NCBI GenBank assembly: GCA_004283055.1
Contig: SHLP01000002.1
Span: forward strand, 2,753-66,752
Origin: Deltaproteobacteria bacterium
GTDB lineage: Bacteria; Myxococcota_A; Polyangia; Polyangiales; Houyiibacteriaceae
Direction: 5' to 3'
Length of the DNA: 64,000 nt
Under the pieces are notes generated by a model. That model was not told where the DNA came from, ran no database searches, and saw only the letters and a program-made list of their open reading frames with translations. Positions within the stretch are counted from its first letter, which is position 1; each line of letters starts with the position of its first letter. Both the position numbers and the translations under genes were made by a program. Positions 1 through 9,448 of this stretch are shown here, piece after piece.

Positions 1-265
1 TCGGGGCACCGCCACCACCTGGCTTCATGCTGTTCCAGTAGAAGGTGTGGTTCCACACCTGCGCTGCATTATTGAATGTCGCCCCGCCCGCGCGGATGAT
101 GTCGACCAACGACTTACTTGCGAGGTCGGTTCCCTCGATTGCGGCGTTGAGCTTCTTGACGTAGCCCGCGTGATGCTTGCCGTAATGGTACTCGATCGTC
201 TCGGCGCTGATATGGGGCGCGAGGGCATCTTTGGCCCACGGAAGGGCTGGCAGTTCGATCGCCAT
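1..265 (-). CDS. sodB: Fe-type superoxide dismutase, N-terminal part (gene continues past the window start)
   Basis: Absent from the ORF track because it runs off the edge. Reverse-complement translation from ATG 265-263 reads [45 protein letters not shown]...[25 protein letters not shown], which includes the Fe-[13 protein letters not shown] signature. A GGGAGA Shine-Dalgarno lies 7 nt upstream. Confidence 0.9.
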   Translation of the reverse strand, partial: MAIELPALPWAKDALAPHISAETIEYHYGKHHAGYVKKLNAAIEGTDLASKSLVDIIRAGGATFNNAAQVWNHTFYWNSMKPGGGGAP

Positions 266-294
266 GTTCTCATCTCCCTATTTGGTGAAGGCCC

Positions 295-321
295 GAAAAA
301 CAGCCCGAAGGCTCTTCGGCG
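295..321 (-). terminator. Weak intrinsic terminator candidate downstream of phoD
   Basis: On the minus strand there is a CCGAAG-agc-CTTCGG hairpin followed by GCTGTTTTT. The stem is only 6 bp, and an outer GGCCCG/CGGGCC pairing competes with it. Confidence 0.3.
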
Positions 322-395
322 GGCCGAAGAAGCGGTAGCCTAGGTTCCCGCGAAACCTCGATCAAGCCCTAGTGTCAGCCGAAGTGATGTCCAGG

Positions 396-2021
396 CTAGG
401 AAGCCGCCGGCGGGGATTCACCGATAGGGGCCTCGGGGCTATCCATCTCGGTGACGTGCTTCTGCCCATCCAGCACCGCCCAACTGGCATCCAAGGTCTC
501 GGCCCCCTCGTCGATGTCGATGCCGTCGAGTAGGTACCAATCCGCCTGGACCTTATCGGCCTGCACGTCGAGAACGAAGTAGCCGTTGCGCTCCCCCTCC
601 TGGTAGCGGATCTGGGGGCCGACTCTGTCTGCAAGCCCCGCCAGTGCAGGCGAGTTCGGCGCCGTGATCCCCGGCGCTACGAACTCGCCGCAGATGGCGC
701 CGTCGCGCGTCGCGGGATCGTAGCTATCATCGCCGAAGGTCACATCGATGGCCCAAGAAGAGTGAACGTCGCCTGTAACAAAGACCGTATTGGAGATGTC
801 GTTGGTGCGGAAGAACGTCAAGAGTCGTTCACGCCCCTCGGGGTACCCGTGCCATAAATCCGTATTGATGATGGACTTCGTACCGTCGGGGTTGCTCAGC
901 TGAAGGAGGCTCACGATCACCTGGTTGCCGATGACCTTCCACTTGGCTGTGCTGTTCGCCAGCTGAGCTTGGAGCCAAGCTTCCTGCTCCGCGCTGATGA
1001 TGTTGTCCGGAAGCGCGGCGTCCGAAGGAGCCACGATGGCGGAGAACTGCTGTTCGCGTCCCTCGATGCGGGTGTCCAGCATGATGATGTCGGCCAGATC
1101 TCCGTACTTGAGCGTGCGGTAGAGGTGCTGGGCGCTGTTCTCGCGGATGGGAATCCATTCAAAGAACGCTTGGCGCCCAGCGGCGAGGCGATCCGGCCAT
1201 GGGCCCTCGGTCTCCGGGTCGTGGTTGTCCGCGCCACCCATCCAGGAGTTGTTGGCGGTTTCGTGATCGTCCCACACGACGATGAACGGATGTTGCCGGT
1301 GGCATTCCTGGAGGTCCGGATCGCGTCGGTAGAGGCTCAACCGAATGCGGTAGTCCTCGAGCGTCACGGTCTCGTTCTCCGGCTGGACCGGCCGGAGCTG
1401 CTCTTCGAAGGTGGGGTACTGACCGTTCTGGTACTCGTAGGTGTAGTCGCCCAAGTGGACGATTGCGTCGAGCTCTGCACGGGCTGCCATGTGGCGATAC
1501 GCGTGGAAGTAGCCGAAGCCATAGTTGGAGCATGAGCAGATGCCGAAGCGCAGCTGTGTAGCCTCGTTTTGCTTGGGGGCGAGTCTCGTGCGGCCGGTTG
1601 GGCTCCAGCGGCCCTGAACGGCGAAACGGTAGAAGTAGTTTCGTCCCCAGATCAAACCTGGGACGTCGACCTTCACGGTATAGTCGCGCGAGGCGTCGGT
1701 CATGAAGGTGCCCTGGGCCGTACGCTCCATGAAGTCCTCGTCGAGGGCCATTTCCCACCAGACTTCGACCGGCTCTGATGCTTCGGGCGTAACGCGTGTC
1801 CAGAGGATGACTCCCTCGGGCAGGGGATCCCCGCTCGCGACCCCGTGCTCGAAGAGACTCTCTGGGCCGATCGGCCCCTCCCACTCGTACTCGGGAAGCT
1901 CGGGCAGGTCAGGCAACATCGGAGCCGCCTCACCGCCGCTGCTGCTGCATGCGCTGATCAACAGCGGCGTGATGCCGGCTGCCCCCATTCCTTTGAGAAC
2001 CTCTCTGCGACTGAAATGCAT
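396..2021 (-). CDS. phoD: PhoD-family alkaline phosphatase/phosphodiesterase, probable Tat-exported lipoprotein
   Basis: 541-aa ORF. The N-terminus MHFSRREVLKG is twin-arginine-like and is followed by the lipobox LISAC. PhoD-type metallophosphatase blocks are present: HLGDYTYEY, VVWDDHETANN and VTGDVHSSWA. Confidence 0.8.
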   Translation of the reverse strand: MHFSRREVLKGMGAAGITPLLISACSSSGGEAAPMLPDLPELPEYEWEGPIGPESLFEHGVASGDPLPEGVILWTRVTPEASEPVEVWWEMALDEDFMERTAQGTFMTDASRDYTVKVDVPGLIWGRNYFYRFAVQGRWSPTGRTRLAPKQNEATQLRFGICSCSNYGFGYFHAYRHMAARAELDAIVHLGDYTYEYQNGQYPTFEEQLRPVQPENETVTLEDYRIRLSLYRRDPDLQECHRQHPFIVVWDDHETANNSWMGGADNHDPETEGPWPDRLAAGRQAFFEWIPIRENSAQHLYRTLKYGDLADIIMLDTRIEGREQQFSAIVAPSDAALPDNIISAEQEAWLQAQLANSTAKWKVIGNQVIVSLLQLSNPDGTKSIINTDLWHGYPEGRERLLTFFRTNDISNTVFVTGDVHSSWAIDVTFGDDSYDPATRDGAICGEFVAPGITAPNSPALAGLADRVGPQIRYQEGERNGYFVLDVQADKVQADWYLLDGIDIDEGAETLDASWAVLDGQKHVTEMDSPEAPIGESPPAAS

Positions 2022-2177
2022 CTCGACCTCGTTTAGGTTCGTGGAAGCCCGAGTTTGGCGCGAACGGGCCCGCGATTTGTGTGACGCTCGCGCAACACGC
2101 CTAGCCCCACAGGGAGCGGCGAGACTATTCGCTTTGACCGAAAAGTGCTACCTAGGCCTCCGGGCCGAGGAGTATCC

Positions 2178-3398
2178 ATGCCGATCCAGTGCGCCACGCA
2201 AAGTGTCGATTCAACACGCCGTCAATTTCTGCGCCAGGGCTTCGCCGGAGTCGGCTGGGTGATCGCCGGAGGCACGCTTAGTCGGTGCAGCAGCAGCGGG
2301 GGCGGGACGAGCACCCCGCTGATGAGCAACATCGGGAACGTCGGACCGTTGCTGGATCCCGATGAGAACGGCCTGCGTCTGCCCGCCGGTTTCAGCAGCC
2401 GCGTCATCGCACGGTCGAGCACGATGGTCGAAGCGTCCAGCTACATTTGGCACAACGCTCCGGACGGCGGCGGCGTGTTCGCCACCGGCGACGGCGGGTG
2501 GATCTACGTGTCCAACTCCGAGACGCTTGCAGCGGTCGGCGGAGGCGTTGGCGCGGTTCGATTTGACCGCAACGGCGACATCGTGGACGCCTACCGCATC
2601 CTCGAAGGCACCGATCAGAACTGTGCGGGCGGGAACACGCCCTGGGGCACTTGGTTGTCCTGCGAAGAGACGGATACAGGACGCGTCTGGGAATGCGACC
2701 CACTCGGCGAGAGCGCAGCGGTAGTGCGTCCGGCGATGGGTGTCTTCAAGCACGAGGCCGCCACGGTCGACGCCGCTAATCGGCACGCGTACCTCACCGA
2801 AGACGTGGGGGACGGACGGCTCTATCGTTTCGTGTACCAGAACGCCGAAGACCTGAGTACGGGCGAGCTCCAAGTGGCCGAAGTCCAGGGGGGTGGGCCG
2901 GAGGGCGTCGTCGAATGGCGGACGGTCCCCGACCCGAGCGCAGCCAGCGAGGAGACCCGATACCAGGTACCGACCAGCACGGCGTTTGCCGGCGGCGAGG
3001 GCATTTGGCTCCACGAAGGCGTGATCTACTTCGCCACCAAGGGCGACAATCGGGTCTGGACCTACGAGACCGCGACGTCGACGCTGACGATCCTCTACGA
3101 CGCGGCGACGTCGAGCACACCCATTCTCACAGGCGTCGACAACCTCACCGTGACGCCTGCGGGCGACGTGGTGGTCGGGGAGGACGGCGGCGACATGCAG
3201 GTCGTCGCGATCAGCGCAGAAGGCCTGTTGGTCCCTCTGGTCCAAGTCACCGGCCAGGACGGCTCGGAAGTAACAGGGCCTGCATTCGGCCCATCGCTCG
3301 AGCGCCTCTATTTCAGCTCCCAGCGGGGCGCGGACGGCGCCGACCTTCTGGGCAGGAGCGGAATGACCTACGAGGTTACCGGGCCGTTCTTCATCTAA
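2178..3398 (+). CDS. DUF839 / PhoX-like secreted phosphatase (beta-propeller family)
   Basis: I moved the start to ATG 2178, which has a GAGGAG SD. It has the Tat motif STRRQFLRQG and the block NCAGGNTPWGTWLSCEE, which is characteristic of the PhoX/DUF839 family. Confidence 0.7.
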   Translation: MPIQCATQSVDSTRRQFLRQGFAGVGWVIAGGTLSRCSSSGGGTSTPLMSNIGNVGPLLDPDENGLRLPAGFSSRVIARSSTMVEASSYIWHNAPDGGGVFATGDGGWIYVSNSETLAAVGGGVGAVRFDRNGDIVDAYRILEGTDQNCAGGNTPWGTWLSCEETDTGRVWECDPLGESAAVVRPAMGVFKHEAATVDAANRHAYLTEDVGDGRLYRFVYQNAEDLSTGELQVAEVQGGGPEGVVEWRTVPDPSAASEETRYQVPTSTAFAGGEGIWLHEGVIYFATKGDNRVWTYETATSTLTILYDAATSSTPILTGVDNLTVTPAGDVVVGEDGGDMQVVAISAEGLLVPLVQVTGQDGSEVTGPAFGPSLERLYFSSQRGADGADLLGRSGMTYEVTGPFFI

Positions 3399-3413
3399 TG
3401 TCGACCCCGCCCG

Positions 3414-4583
3414 CTAGCCGAAAACGCGGACGATCAGGGCAAAGGTGCCGACCAGGGCTCCAGCGAACGAAGTCGCATCGACGACTGCGCCACCGAGCTC
3501 GCGGCGCCGCAGCCACTGCAGCACCGGCCAGATGCATACGACGACGGCGAGCTGCCCGAGCTCCACGCCGACATTGAAGCCGAACAGGGCCTGAACGAGC
3601 TGTGCGCGCGGAAGCTCCTGCTCGAGGAGCACGCCCGAGAAACCGAGCCCGTGGACGAAGCCAAAGAGGCAAGCAATGAGCCAGCGAAGACGGCCGGCGC
3701 CGCCCAAGGTTCGGAGCAGCGCGAAGTAGCAGGCGGAGAAAACGGCAATCCCCCAGAACGCCGGCAGGCCTCCGAACACCGCGCCTGCAGCAAACAGGAG
3801 CACCGCGCCGAGGATCAGCAGCGCGCCACCTCGCAGCTGCTCCAAGCCAACATTCTCGAGCGCAACCAGCAAAATCGACGCGGCGATGGTGGCTTCCACC
3901 GCGCGCGCGTGGGGAACGACGACCCCAAACGCAGCCGCCGCGAGCGTCACGCTGTGGCCGACCGTGAAACCGGTGACGAGCACCGCGACTTCCCGCAGCC
4001 GCCGCGCAACGACGATGAGCAGAACGAGAAAGGCGAGGTGATCCCAGCCGCTCAGGATGTGCTCGACCCCGAGGCGAAGGTAGCTGCCAAGCCCCCTTGC
4101 GCGCTCGCGTGCTGCTCCGGACGCGATCCGGGCCGTCGGGGCCGTTGGCGAAAGGACGACGTCAATCGGGGCGGGCCCCAGAACGGTCGAAAGGTGAACG
4201 TGATTGGTCAGACCCGCGAACAAGTCGCTGCGGAGCTTTTGAGGGGGATCATCACATCGAACCCGCCATTCGAGCCGAACCCAGCCGCGCTCGGCCGGAA
4301 GCCAGATCGCAGTCGAGGGTATGGCTTTGCAGGCGCCGTCTGCGGATTCGAGCAACAGATGGCTCTGCAGATACGAACGAACCGCCGCGCGATCGAAGGG
4401 ACCCTCCGTCGGCTCGCTCGCGACGGGGAGCGACGTGAGCTCTAGCCAGCGCACCTTCACCTCTGCGATGGCTCCACCCTGCACCGGCGTCCACTTCGAA
4501 TAGGACACGCTTTTTTGGTGGGCGAGCGCGGAGGCAGGAATCAGCAAGCCGGCGAACAGAGCATAGGCTGCGATTCGTATCAA
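3414..4583 (-). CDS. HupE/UreJ-family metal (Ni/Co-type) transporter-like membrane protein with an extra ~190-aa periplasmic N-domain
   Basis: The TTG start overlaps the upstream stop (TTGA). A signal peptide ends in ASALAHQ. The C-terminal half has GVEHILSGWDHLAFLVLL plus several TM helices, as in HupE/UreJ. Confidence 0.7.
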   Translation of the reverse strand: MIRIAAYALFAGLLIPASALAHQKSVSYSKWTPVQGGAIAEVKVRWLELTSLPVASEPTEGPFDRAAVRSYLQSHLLLESADGACKAIPSTAIWLPAERGWVRLEWRVRCDDPPQKLRSDLFAGLTNHVHLSTVLGPAPIDVVLSPTAPTARIASGAARERARGLGSYLRLGVEHILSGWDHLAFLVLLIVVARRLREVAVLVTGFTVGHSVTLAAAAFGVVVPHARAVEATIAASILLVALENVGLEQLRGGALLILGAVLLFAAGAVFGGLPAFWGIAVFSACYFALLRTLGGAGRLRWLIACLFGFVHGLGFSGVLLEQELPRAQLVQALFGFNVGVELGQLAVVVCIWPVLQWLRRRELGGAVVDATSFAGALVGTFALIVRVFG

Positions 4584-5329
4584 GGCTCTGCCTCGATGCG
4601 GATGTCGGTCTGTCGACGTGCGACCTCCAGGTACTCGAGTACTGCAGCTTCACTTCGATGCCGAATGTAGGCCGCCTCGACCGCCTCGCGCGCTTCGTCG
4701 AACGGGGCGACCGCAGCGTCACGCCTCTCGAGCAGAAGGACCTCGTACTGCTCGTCTCCCTCACCTACGAGAAACGATTCCCCGACCTCGAGCTGGGCTA
4801 CACGTCGCGCCGCACTCGGACCAAGGCGCTGCTCGATCTCCTTGGGCAGAAGAAATCCCTTCGGAAGCGGAACCGTCGGACCCTCGACGTCGACCAGGTA
4901 CTGGGCGCTGCGCTGAAAACGAAAGCTCTGCTCGGCGTAAAAGGCGCGTAGGGCAGGCTCCTTTACCGTCCTCGCCTCGTCTTCGGTACGGCGTACCAGG
5001 AAATCGATCATCGCCGTCGCGAGCTGATTTCGGATTTGGGGGTCGCGTTCGTGCAGACCGAGCTCGACGGCGCGGTCGATCAGCAGCTCCTGATCGATCA
5101 GGCGCTGCATCACGCGCTCGCGATCGTCGGGCCGCAGTGTTCCTGTCTTGCGGTCACCGGCGACCGCTTGGAGTGCGGCCTCGTAAGAACCCCGGGAGAT
5201 CGGGCGCTCGCCGACCCAGGCGACCGCGTCAGCGTTGGGCCGGACCGTTTGCGGCAGGCGCACGATGTACACCACGGCGAGGGCGGCGCCGGCAAACATC
5301 CCGGCGGCGAGCAACCACGGCCTGCTCAT
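4580..5329 (-). CDS. Membrane-anchored SurA-N / PpiD-like (Rotamase_2-like) periplasmic chaperone-type protein
   Basis: ATG 5329 overlaps the DUF3604 stop (ATGA). There is one N-terminal TM (WLLAAGMFAGAALAVVYIV) followed by a helical chaperone-like region. The family assignment is from memory only. Confidence 0.45.
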   Translation of the reverse strand: MSRPWLLAAGMFAGAALAVVYIVRLPQTVRPNADAVAWVGERPISRGSYEAALQAVAGDRKTGTLRPDDRERVMQRLIDQELLIDRAVELGLHERDPQIRNQLATAMIDFLVRRTEDEARTVKEPALRAFYAEQSFRFQRSAQYLVDVEGPTVPLPKGFLLPKEIEQRLGPSAARRVAQLEVGESFLVGEGDEQYEVLLLERRDAAVAPFDEAREAVEAAYIRHRSEAAVLEYLEVARRQTDIRIEAEP

Positions 5330-7536
5330 GGCGCCGAACCGGCCTGCAAAAAGATCGGCGAGGACCAGGCGCGCTCCTCGCCCTCGACCAGGCAATCGTC
5401 AGCAGCGGACGTGCGGTAGTTGCCGTAGCAGGGTTCGCACTGGCCGCCCGCGCATCGAAGGCCGCCGCCGTTCACGGTTGGCGTGGGCTCTTGGAGGGCG
5501 CGAACGTAATAAAGGACGTCCCGGCCGAGCTCGGAAAAGGAGGGATCCTCGAACTCGGCGACGCAGAGCTCGGGGCCCTCTGGGCAGGCAATCGTCTTCC
5601 AAGGGTCCTCGATCAGCGTGGAGACGGGCTCGTCTTCGCGCTGCTGGCGCTGAATGCGAATGACCTCGATGCGGCGGATGCGACGGCGCCGGTCGCCCGG
5701 GTTGTAGCACTCGCCGGCACAGATCCGTTCTATCCGCGCCTCGCCGAGCGCCTCGATCACGTCGGGCGCGCATCCGGGCTTTTGTTCGAACGACCCTGCT
5801 GCGCGCACCTCGAACTTGGGGACGCCCGCGAAAGGGAGCTCGCTTCCCATCGGCGCTGCGCCGCTCGGCCCGTTCTTCAGGTCGAACCAGAGCAAAATGC
5901 GGTCACCCGAGGTTCCGTAAACGTTGCGGGTCTGCATCGCCTCCCAAATCGCTTCGCGGTTTCTCTCGGTCGCGTGCACCGCCACCAGCCCGCCGGTGAT
6001 GAAGAACGACGCCTGCCGCTCCATCCACATCAGCTCGAAGGGCGGCCGCTCCATCAAGCCGTCGATCGTGTAGGAGACCGACTCGCGCTCGGGCAGACCA
6101 CGCGAGCCAAACATTTGGGCGCGCCAAGACTCGCTCGGGGCACCGCGCGCCTCGGTCATTCGACGCCGCGCGAACTCCTTGTAGCCGGTCCCCGGCCGCG
6201 CCGTGTGATTATCGCTCGACGCGATGAAGCCCATCGTCGCGTGCCGCGGCGATTCGGGCTCCTCGAAGTCGCCCTTCGCCAGCATGTACTGCACCGAGCC
6301 GCCGGGCCGGTACTGGTAGGCAGGGAGGTAGCAGTCCGGGCACTGGCCGCAGTTCTTCCAATCCGGGACATCCTCGCCGGGCAGCGTGACGTGACCCGCA
6401 AGCGCAACGCGAAGGAAGTCCGCCCTCGCCTTCTCCACTCTCTGCTGACAGACATCCGAGCCCGGATCTTCGCACCGCTCACGGATGATCTCGCCCGCAC
6501 GCCAGCAGCAGGGTTCGTAGCCCTCGCTCGGCTCGGGGCATGCCAACCCGTCTTCGGTCGCGATCGCGGAGCGGAAGGGCCGGTGCTCTTCGGAATTGCC
6601 GTGTCCCGAGAAAACCTCGACGAGGCGCTGAAGGTTCGCGTCGTCGAGGTCCGCGCGAAGCTGCTTGTCCCAGGTGTAGCCGAGCGGCGTGTAAAAGCCC
6701 CAGGTCGTACCGTGCGGAATCACCAGAGTGTCGAGACCCCATTCATTGAGCTTCTCGAACAGCACAGCGGGGTTCGCTGCCCGCTCGCGGCATGTCGCCG
6801 GAAGCTCTTTGCTGTTCACCCCTTCGGGACAGAATGGATACTGAGCGTTTTCGCGAATGTGTCGCGCGAAGTCGAGATACCCCTGCTGGTTCGGAAACGA
6901 GCGCGCCGGAATGGCGAGGAGCGGCCAAAGCGCGCTGAGCTTCGAAAACGCGCGCGTCGTGAGGCCGGGCGCGGCAATCGGGCGCGCGGGGAGCTGCTCG
7001 TCGCTGTCGTACTTGAACAGGACGTTCTTGTGGCCGTAGTGCTCCTCGGGGGTGAGCGCGACCTGCGTCCATTCGAAGCCGGTGAACGCGATGGTGTCGG
7101 GCTGCTCAGTCTCAGCAGTCACCGAATTGCACTGGCGGACCGAATCTCGGGTCATTTCCCAGGTTCGAGGATTGAGAGCCTCGGCGTGGTCGGTCAGCGC
7201 ATAGAAATCGAGCTGTGAGCAGAACCGAGCAAAGTCACAGGCGTCAGCAGGAGGGTGGACGCCCTCGCCACCCATCAGTGGAAGACCCCACATGAAGGCA
7301 TCCACCGAGAGCGTCGTATGAACGTGGAGGTCTCCAAACAGGATTCGATTGGTCTCTCCGGGCGCGGCCCGCTTCTGTCCGGCCGCACGGGCGGCGACGT
7401 GCTCAGCGGCGAGCGGGACGCGCACGATTTCGCCGTCGACCTGCTCCTTCGCGCCTCCATAGACGAGCCAGAAAGCCAACACCAAGACCACGAGGCCGAG
7501 GACGACCGTAAGACAACCCTTTTTCCACCAAGCCAC
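5326..7536 (-). CDS. DUF3604-family protein (PHP-like predicted metal-dependent phosphoesterase), N-terminally membrane anchored
   Basis: I set the start to GTG 7536, just before the anchor WWKKGCLTVVLGLVVLVLAFWLV. The blocks ILFGDLHVHTTLSVDAF and FYALTDHAE fit the DUF3604/PHP pattern. The upstream 91 codons of the track ORF are a run-on. Confidence 0.6.
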   Translation of the reverse strand: MAWWKKGCLTVVLGLVVLVLAFWLVYGGAKEQVDGEIVRVPLAAEHVAARAAGQKRAAPGETNRILFGDLHVHTTLSVDAFMWGLPLMGGEGVHPPADACDFARFCSQLDFYALTDHAEALNPRTWEMTRDSVRQCNSVTAETEQPDTIAFTGFEWTQVALTPEEHYGHKNVLFKYDSDEQLPARPIAAPGLTTRAFSKLSALWPLLAIPARSFPNQQGYLDFARHIRENAQYPFCPEGVNSKELPATCRERAANPAVLFEKLNEWGLDTLVIPHGTTWGFYTPLGYTWDKQLRADLDDANLQRLVEVFSGHGNSEEHRPFRSAIATEDGLACPEPSEGYEPCCWRAGEIIRERCEDPGSDVCQQRVEKARADFLRVALAGHVTLPGEDVPDWKNCGQCPDCYLPAYQYRPGGSVQYMLAKGDFEEPESPRHATMGFIASSDNHTARPGTGYKEFARRRMTEARGAPSESWRAQMFGSRGLPERESVSYTIDGLMERPPFELMWMERQASFFITGGLVAVHATERNREAIWEAMQTRNVYGTSGDRILLWFDLKNGPSGAAPMGSELPFAGVPKFEVRAAGSFEQKPGCAPDVIEALGEARIERICAGECYNPGDRRRRIRRIEVIRIQRQQREDEPVSTLIEDPWKTIACPEGPELCVAEFEDPSFSELGRDVLYYVRALQEPTPTVNGGGLRCAGGQCEPCYGNYRTSAADDCLVEGEERAWSSPIFLQAGSAP

Positions 7537-7579
7537 GCGGGCCGAAGCATAGGTCGGGATGATCGCCTGTCCAAACGAT

Positions 7580-8464
7580 TCAGAGCCCGCGATCGAACCA
7601 GCCCTGGGCGGACAACATCTGCAGGACTTCAGACGCGACGGTCGGCCGTGCGGCGACGAGATTGTACCCGGTCGCGGGCAGCGCTTCGAAAGGCAGGCTC
7701 GAGAAGTAGGCGCTTTCAGACACCACGGGCTGCCCGCCGGCATCGACGCGGATGAACACGAAGCCCTCCTGCAGCAAGAGCTGCTCGACCTCCCGAGGCT
7801 CGTAGCCAAAGCGCCGGCAGTTCCCCGTCGAAAGCTCGCAGTACACGAGCTCGGTATCTTTCAAAATGGTCGCAGCGCCCTGCAGTACCGGGAGCTCGCA
7901 CCCTTCGACATCGATCTTGAGCAGCCGCGTGGGCCGAATCGCGACCAGCTCGTCGAGAGTGCGCATCGGAACCTTGAGCGCGCCCTTCACGGTGACGAAA
8001 TTCTGGTCGTCGGAGCGCCGGCTCGTCATCGCGACTTCACCCCGTTCGGCGCCGAGCGCGTAGTTCAACGTCCTGATGTTCTGGGCGCGGTTGAGCTCCA
8101 CGTTGCCCTCCAGGTAGCGGTGAATTTCGGGGTGCGCTTCGATGGCAATCACCTCGCCCTCGTGGCCGACGCGCCTCGAGGCCGCGAGGGCGAGTTGGCC
8201 GATGTTGGCGCCCGCGTCGATGTAGCGGTCCCCTGGCCGCAGCACGGCCCAAACGAAATCTTCGTCCTCGGTCCGCGAGCTCGGATCGGACCAGAGGGCC
8301 GCCGAGATCGAAGTCGGGTAAAAGCGCACCCGAAAACCCCGGGGCATTTCGCGAACGAACAGGGGAGAGAGACCGCTGCGCCACAGGAGACGGCCCAGAA
8401 TGAAACGGCCGGGCCGTGGATGCTCGCGAAGCTTTCTCAGCCGGTATGCCCAATTGCCCATCAA
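7580..8464 (-). CDS. FkbM-family SAM-dependent methyltransferase
   Basis: YIDAGANIGQLALAA is the SAM loop, and KIDVEGCELPVLQGA is typical of FkbM-family methyltransferases. Confidence 0.75.
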   Translation of the reverse strand: MMGNWAYRLRKLREHPRPGRFILGRLLWRSGLSPLFVREMPRGFRVRFYPTSISAALWSDPSSRTEDEDFVWAVLRPGDRYIDAGANIGQLALAASRRVGHEGEVIAIEAHPEIHRYLEGNVELNRAQNIRTLNYALGAERGEVAMTSRRSDDQNFVTVKGALKVPMRTLDELVAIRPTRLLKIDVEGCELPVLQGAATILKDTELVYCELSTGNCRRFGYEPREVEQLLLQEGFVFIRVDAGGQPVVSESAYFSSLPFEALPATGYNLVAARPTVASEVLQMLSAQGWFDRGL

Positions 8465-8551
8465 CGTTCCGCTCGGGGTGGCGACGATAGCTCGGCCTCG
8501 AGGAGTCCCCGGAGTTTTGTAGCAGCTGCCTTGTGTGGTAACGAATCCCCG

Positions 8552-9448
8552 ATGGGGGGCGAGCCGCTGGTTTCGATCATGATGCCCTGCTTCGACGCGG
8601 AGCGGACACTCCCGATGGCGCTCGCGTCACTCCGTGCTCAGACGTACGAAAACTGGGAAGCGCTGGTCGTCGACGACGGCTCAGAGGATCGAACTTGGGA
8701 GATTCTTGGGGACTTTGGCGACCCTCGGCTCCGACTCGAGCGCTTCGATCGCAATCGAGGCCGCGGGGCCGCGCGCCAGCGGTGCCTGGAGATGGCCGAG
8801 GGGGCGCTCCTCAGCTTCCTCGATGCCGACGATTGGCTCTTTCCCAACAAGCTCGCCCTGCAAGTGTCCCTGATGGAACAGCACCCCGAGGTCGTGGTCC
8901 TGAGCGCTGCGTGCGTCATTACGAACGCCCGCGGCGAACCCGTAGGCCTCACGCGCACGGGACTTCGAGTGGGAGAGGATTTCGCCACCGCTCGGTTCGC
9001 GCACCCAGGTCCGCCCCCACTGAGCTTTCCGCCTTCGATTGTGCGGATGGCCGAGGCGAAGGGCGCGGGCTTCGACCCGGAGTTTCGCCGCTCGCAGGAC
9101 TCTGATTTCTTAATCCGCGTCATGCTGGGGAAACGCTACGCGGTTTCATCGATTCCGGTGTACGCGTATTCCCAAGCCGAAGCGGCGAACCTCGGGAAGA
9201 CCTTGGAAGGATACCGCTACCGGCTTCGCTGCTACAGCCGGTACCGCAAGGAATTCCCGTTGCATTCGCGCAGCGCGATGGCCAAAACGCTCGCTCGCAT
9301 GGGCGTCTACAAGGTCGCCGGATGGCTGCGCTCCGAGCAGCGCCTGATCGAACGACGTTGGGAGCCCATCACGCCGGAGGCGAAAGATGCGTATGCGAGC
9401 GCCTACGCAGGAGTCGCGGGAGTCGCCGATGGGAAGGCTGTCTCCTGA
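8552..9448 (+). CDS. Family-2 glycosyltransferase (GT-A)
   Basis: Only the last 298 codons of track ORF 7559..9448 are credible. It has LVSIMMPCFDAERTL, VVDDGSEDRT and FLDADDW (DxD). Confidence 0.85.
   Translation: MGGEPLVSIMMPCFDAERTLPMALASLRAQTYENWEALVVDDGSEDRTWEILGDFGDPRLRLERFDRNRGRGAARQRCLEMAEGALLSFLDADDWLFPNKLALQVSLMEQHPEVVVLSAACVITNARGEPVGLTRTGLRVGEDFATARFAHPGPPPLSFPPSIVRMAEAKGAGFDPEFRRSQDSDFLIRVMLGKRYAVSSIPVYAYSQAEAANLGKTLEGYRYRLRCYSRYRKEFPLHSRSAMAKTLARMGVYKVAGWLRSEQRLIERRWEPITPEAKDAYASAYAGVAGVADGKAVS

Noticed and set aside
2022-2177. Pho box in the PhoD/PhoX-like divergent region
   Set aside because: Only a loose TGTGAC...CAACAC similarity is present, with no clear 11-bp direct-repeat architecture. 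I kept it as a suggestion to test, not as a feature.
4618-7218. 866-aa plus-strand ORF, one of the longest in the track
   Set aside because: It is entirely antisense to the DUF3604 and SurA-like genes. It is extremely Arg/Ala/Gly/Pro-rich and has no recognisable motif. This is a typical shadow ORF in high-G+C DNA, while the opposite strand carries clear family motifs.
7559-8551. N-terminal 331 codons of track ORF 7559..9448
   Set aside because: They are antisense to the FkbM methyltransferase gene. The GT2 motifs begin only after ATG 8552.
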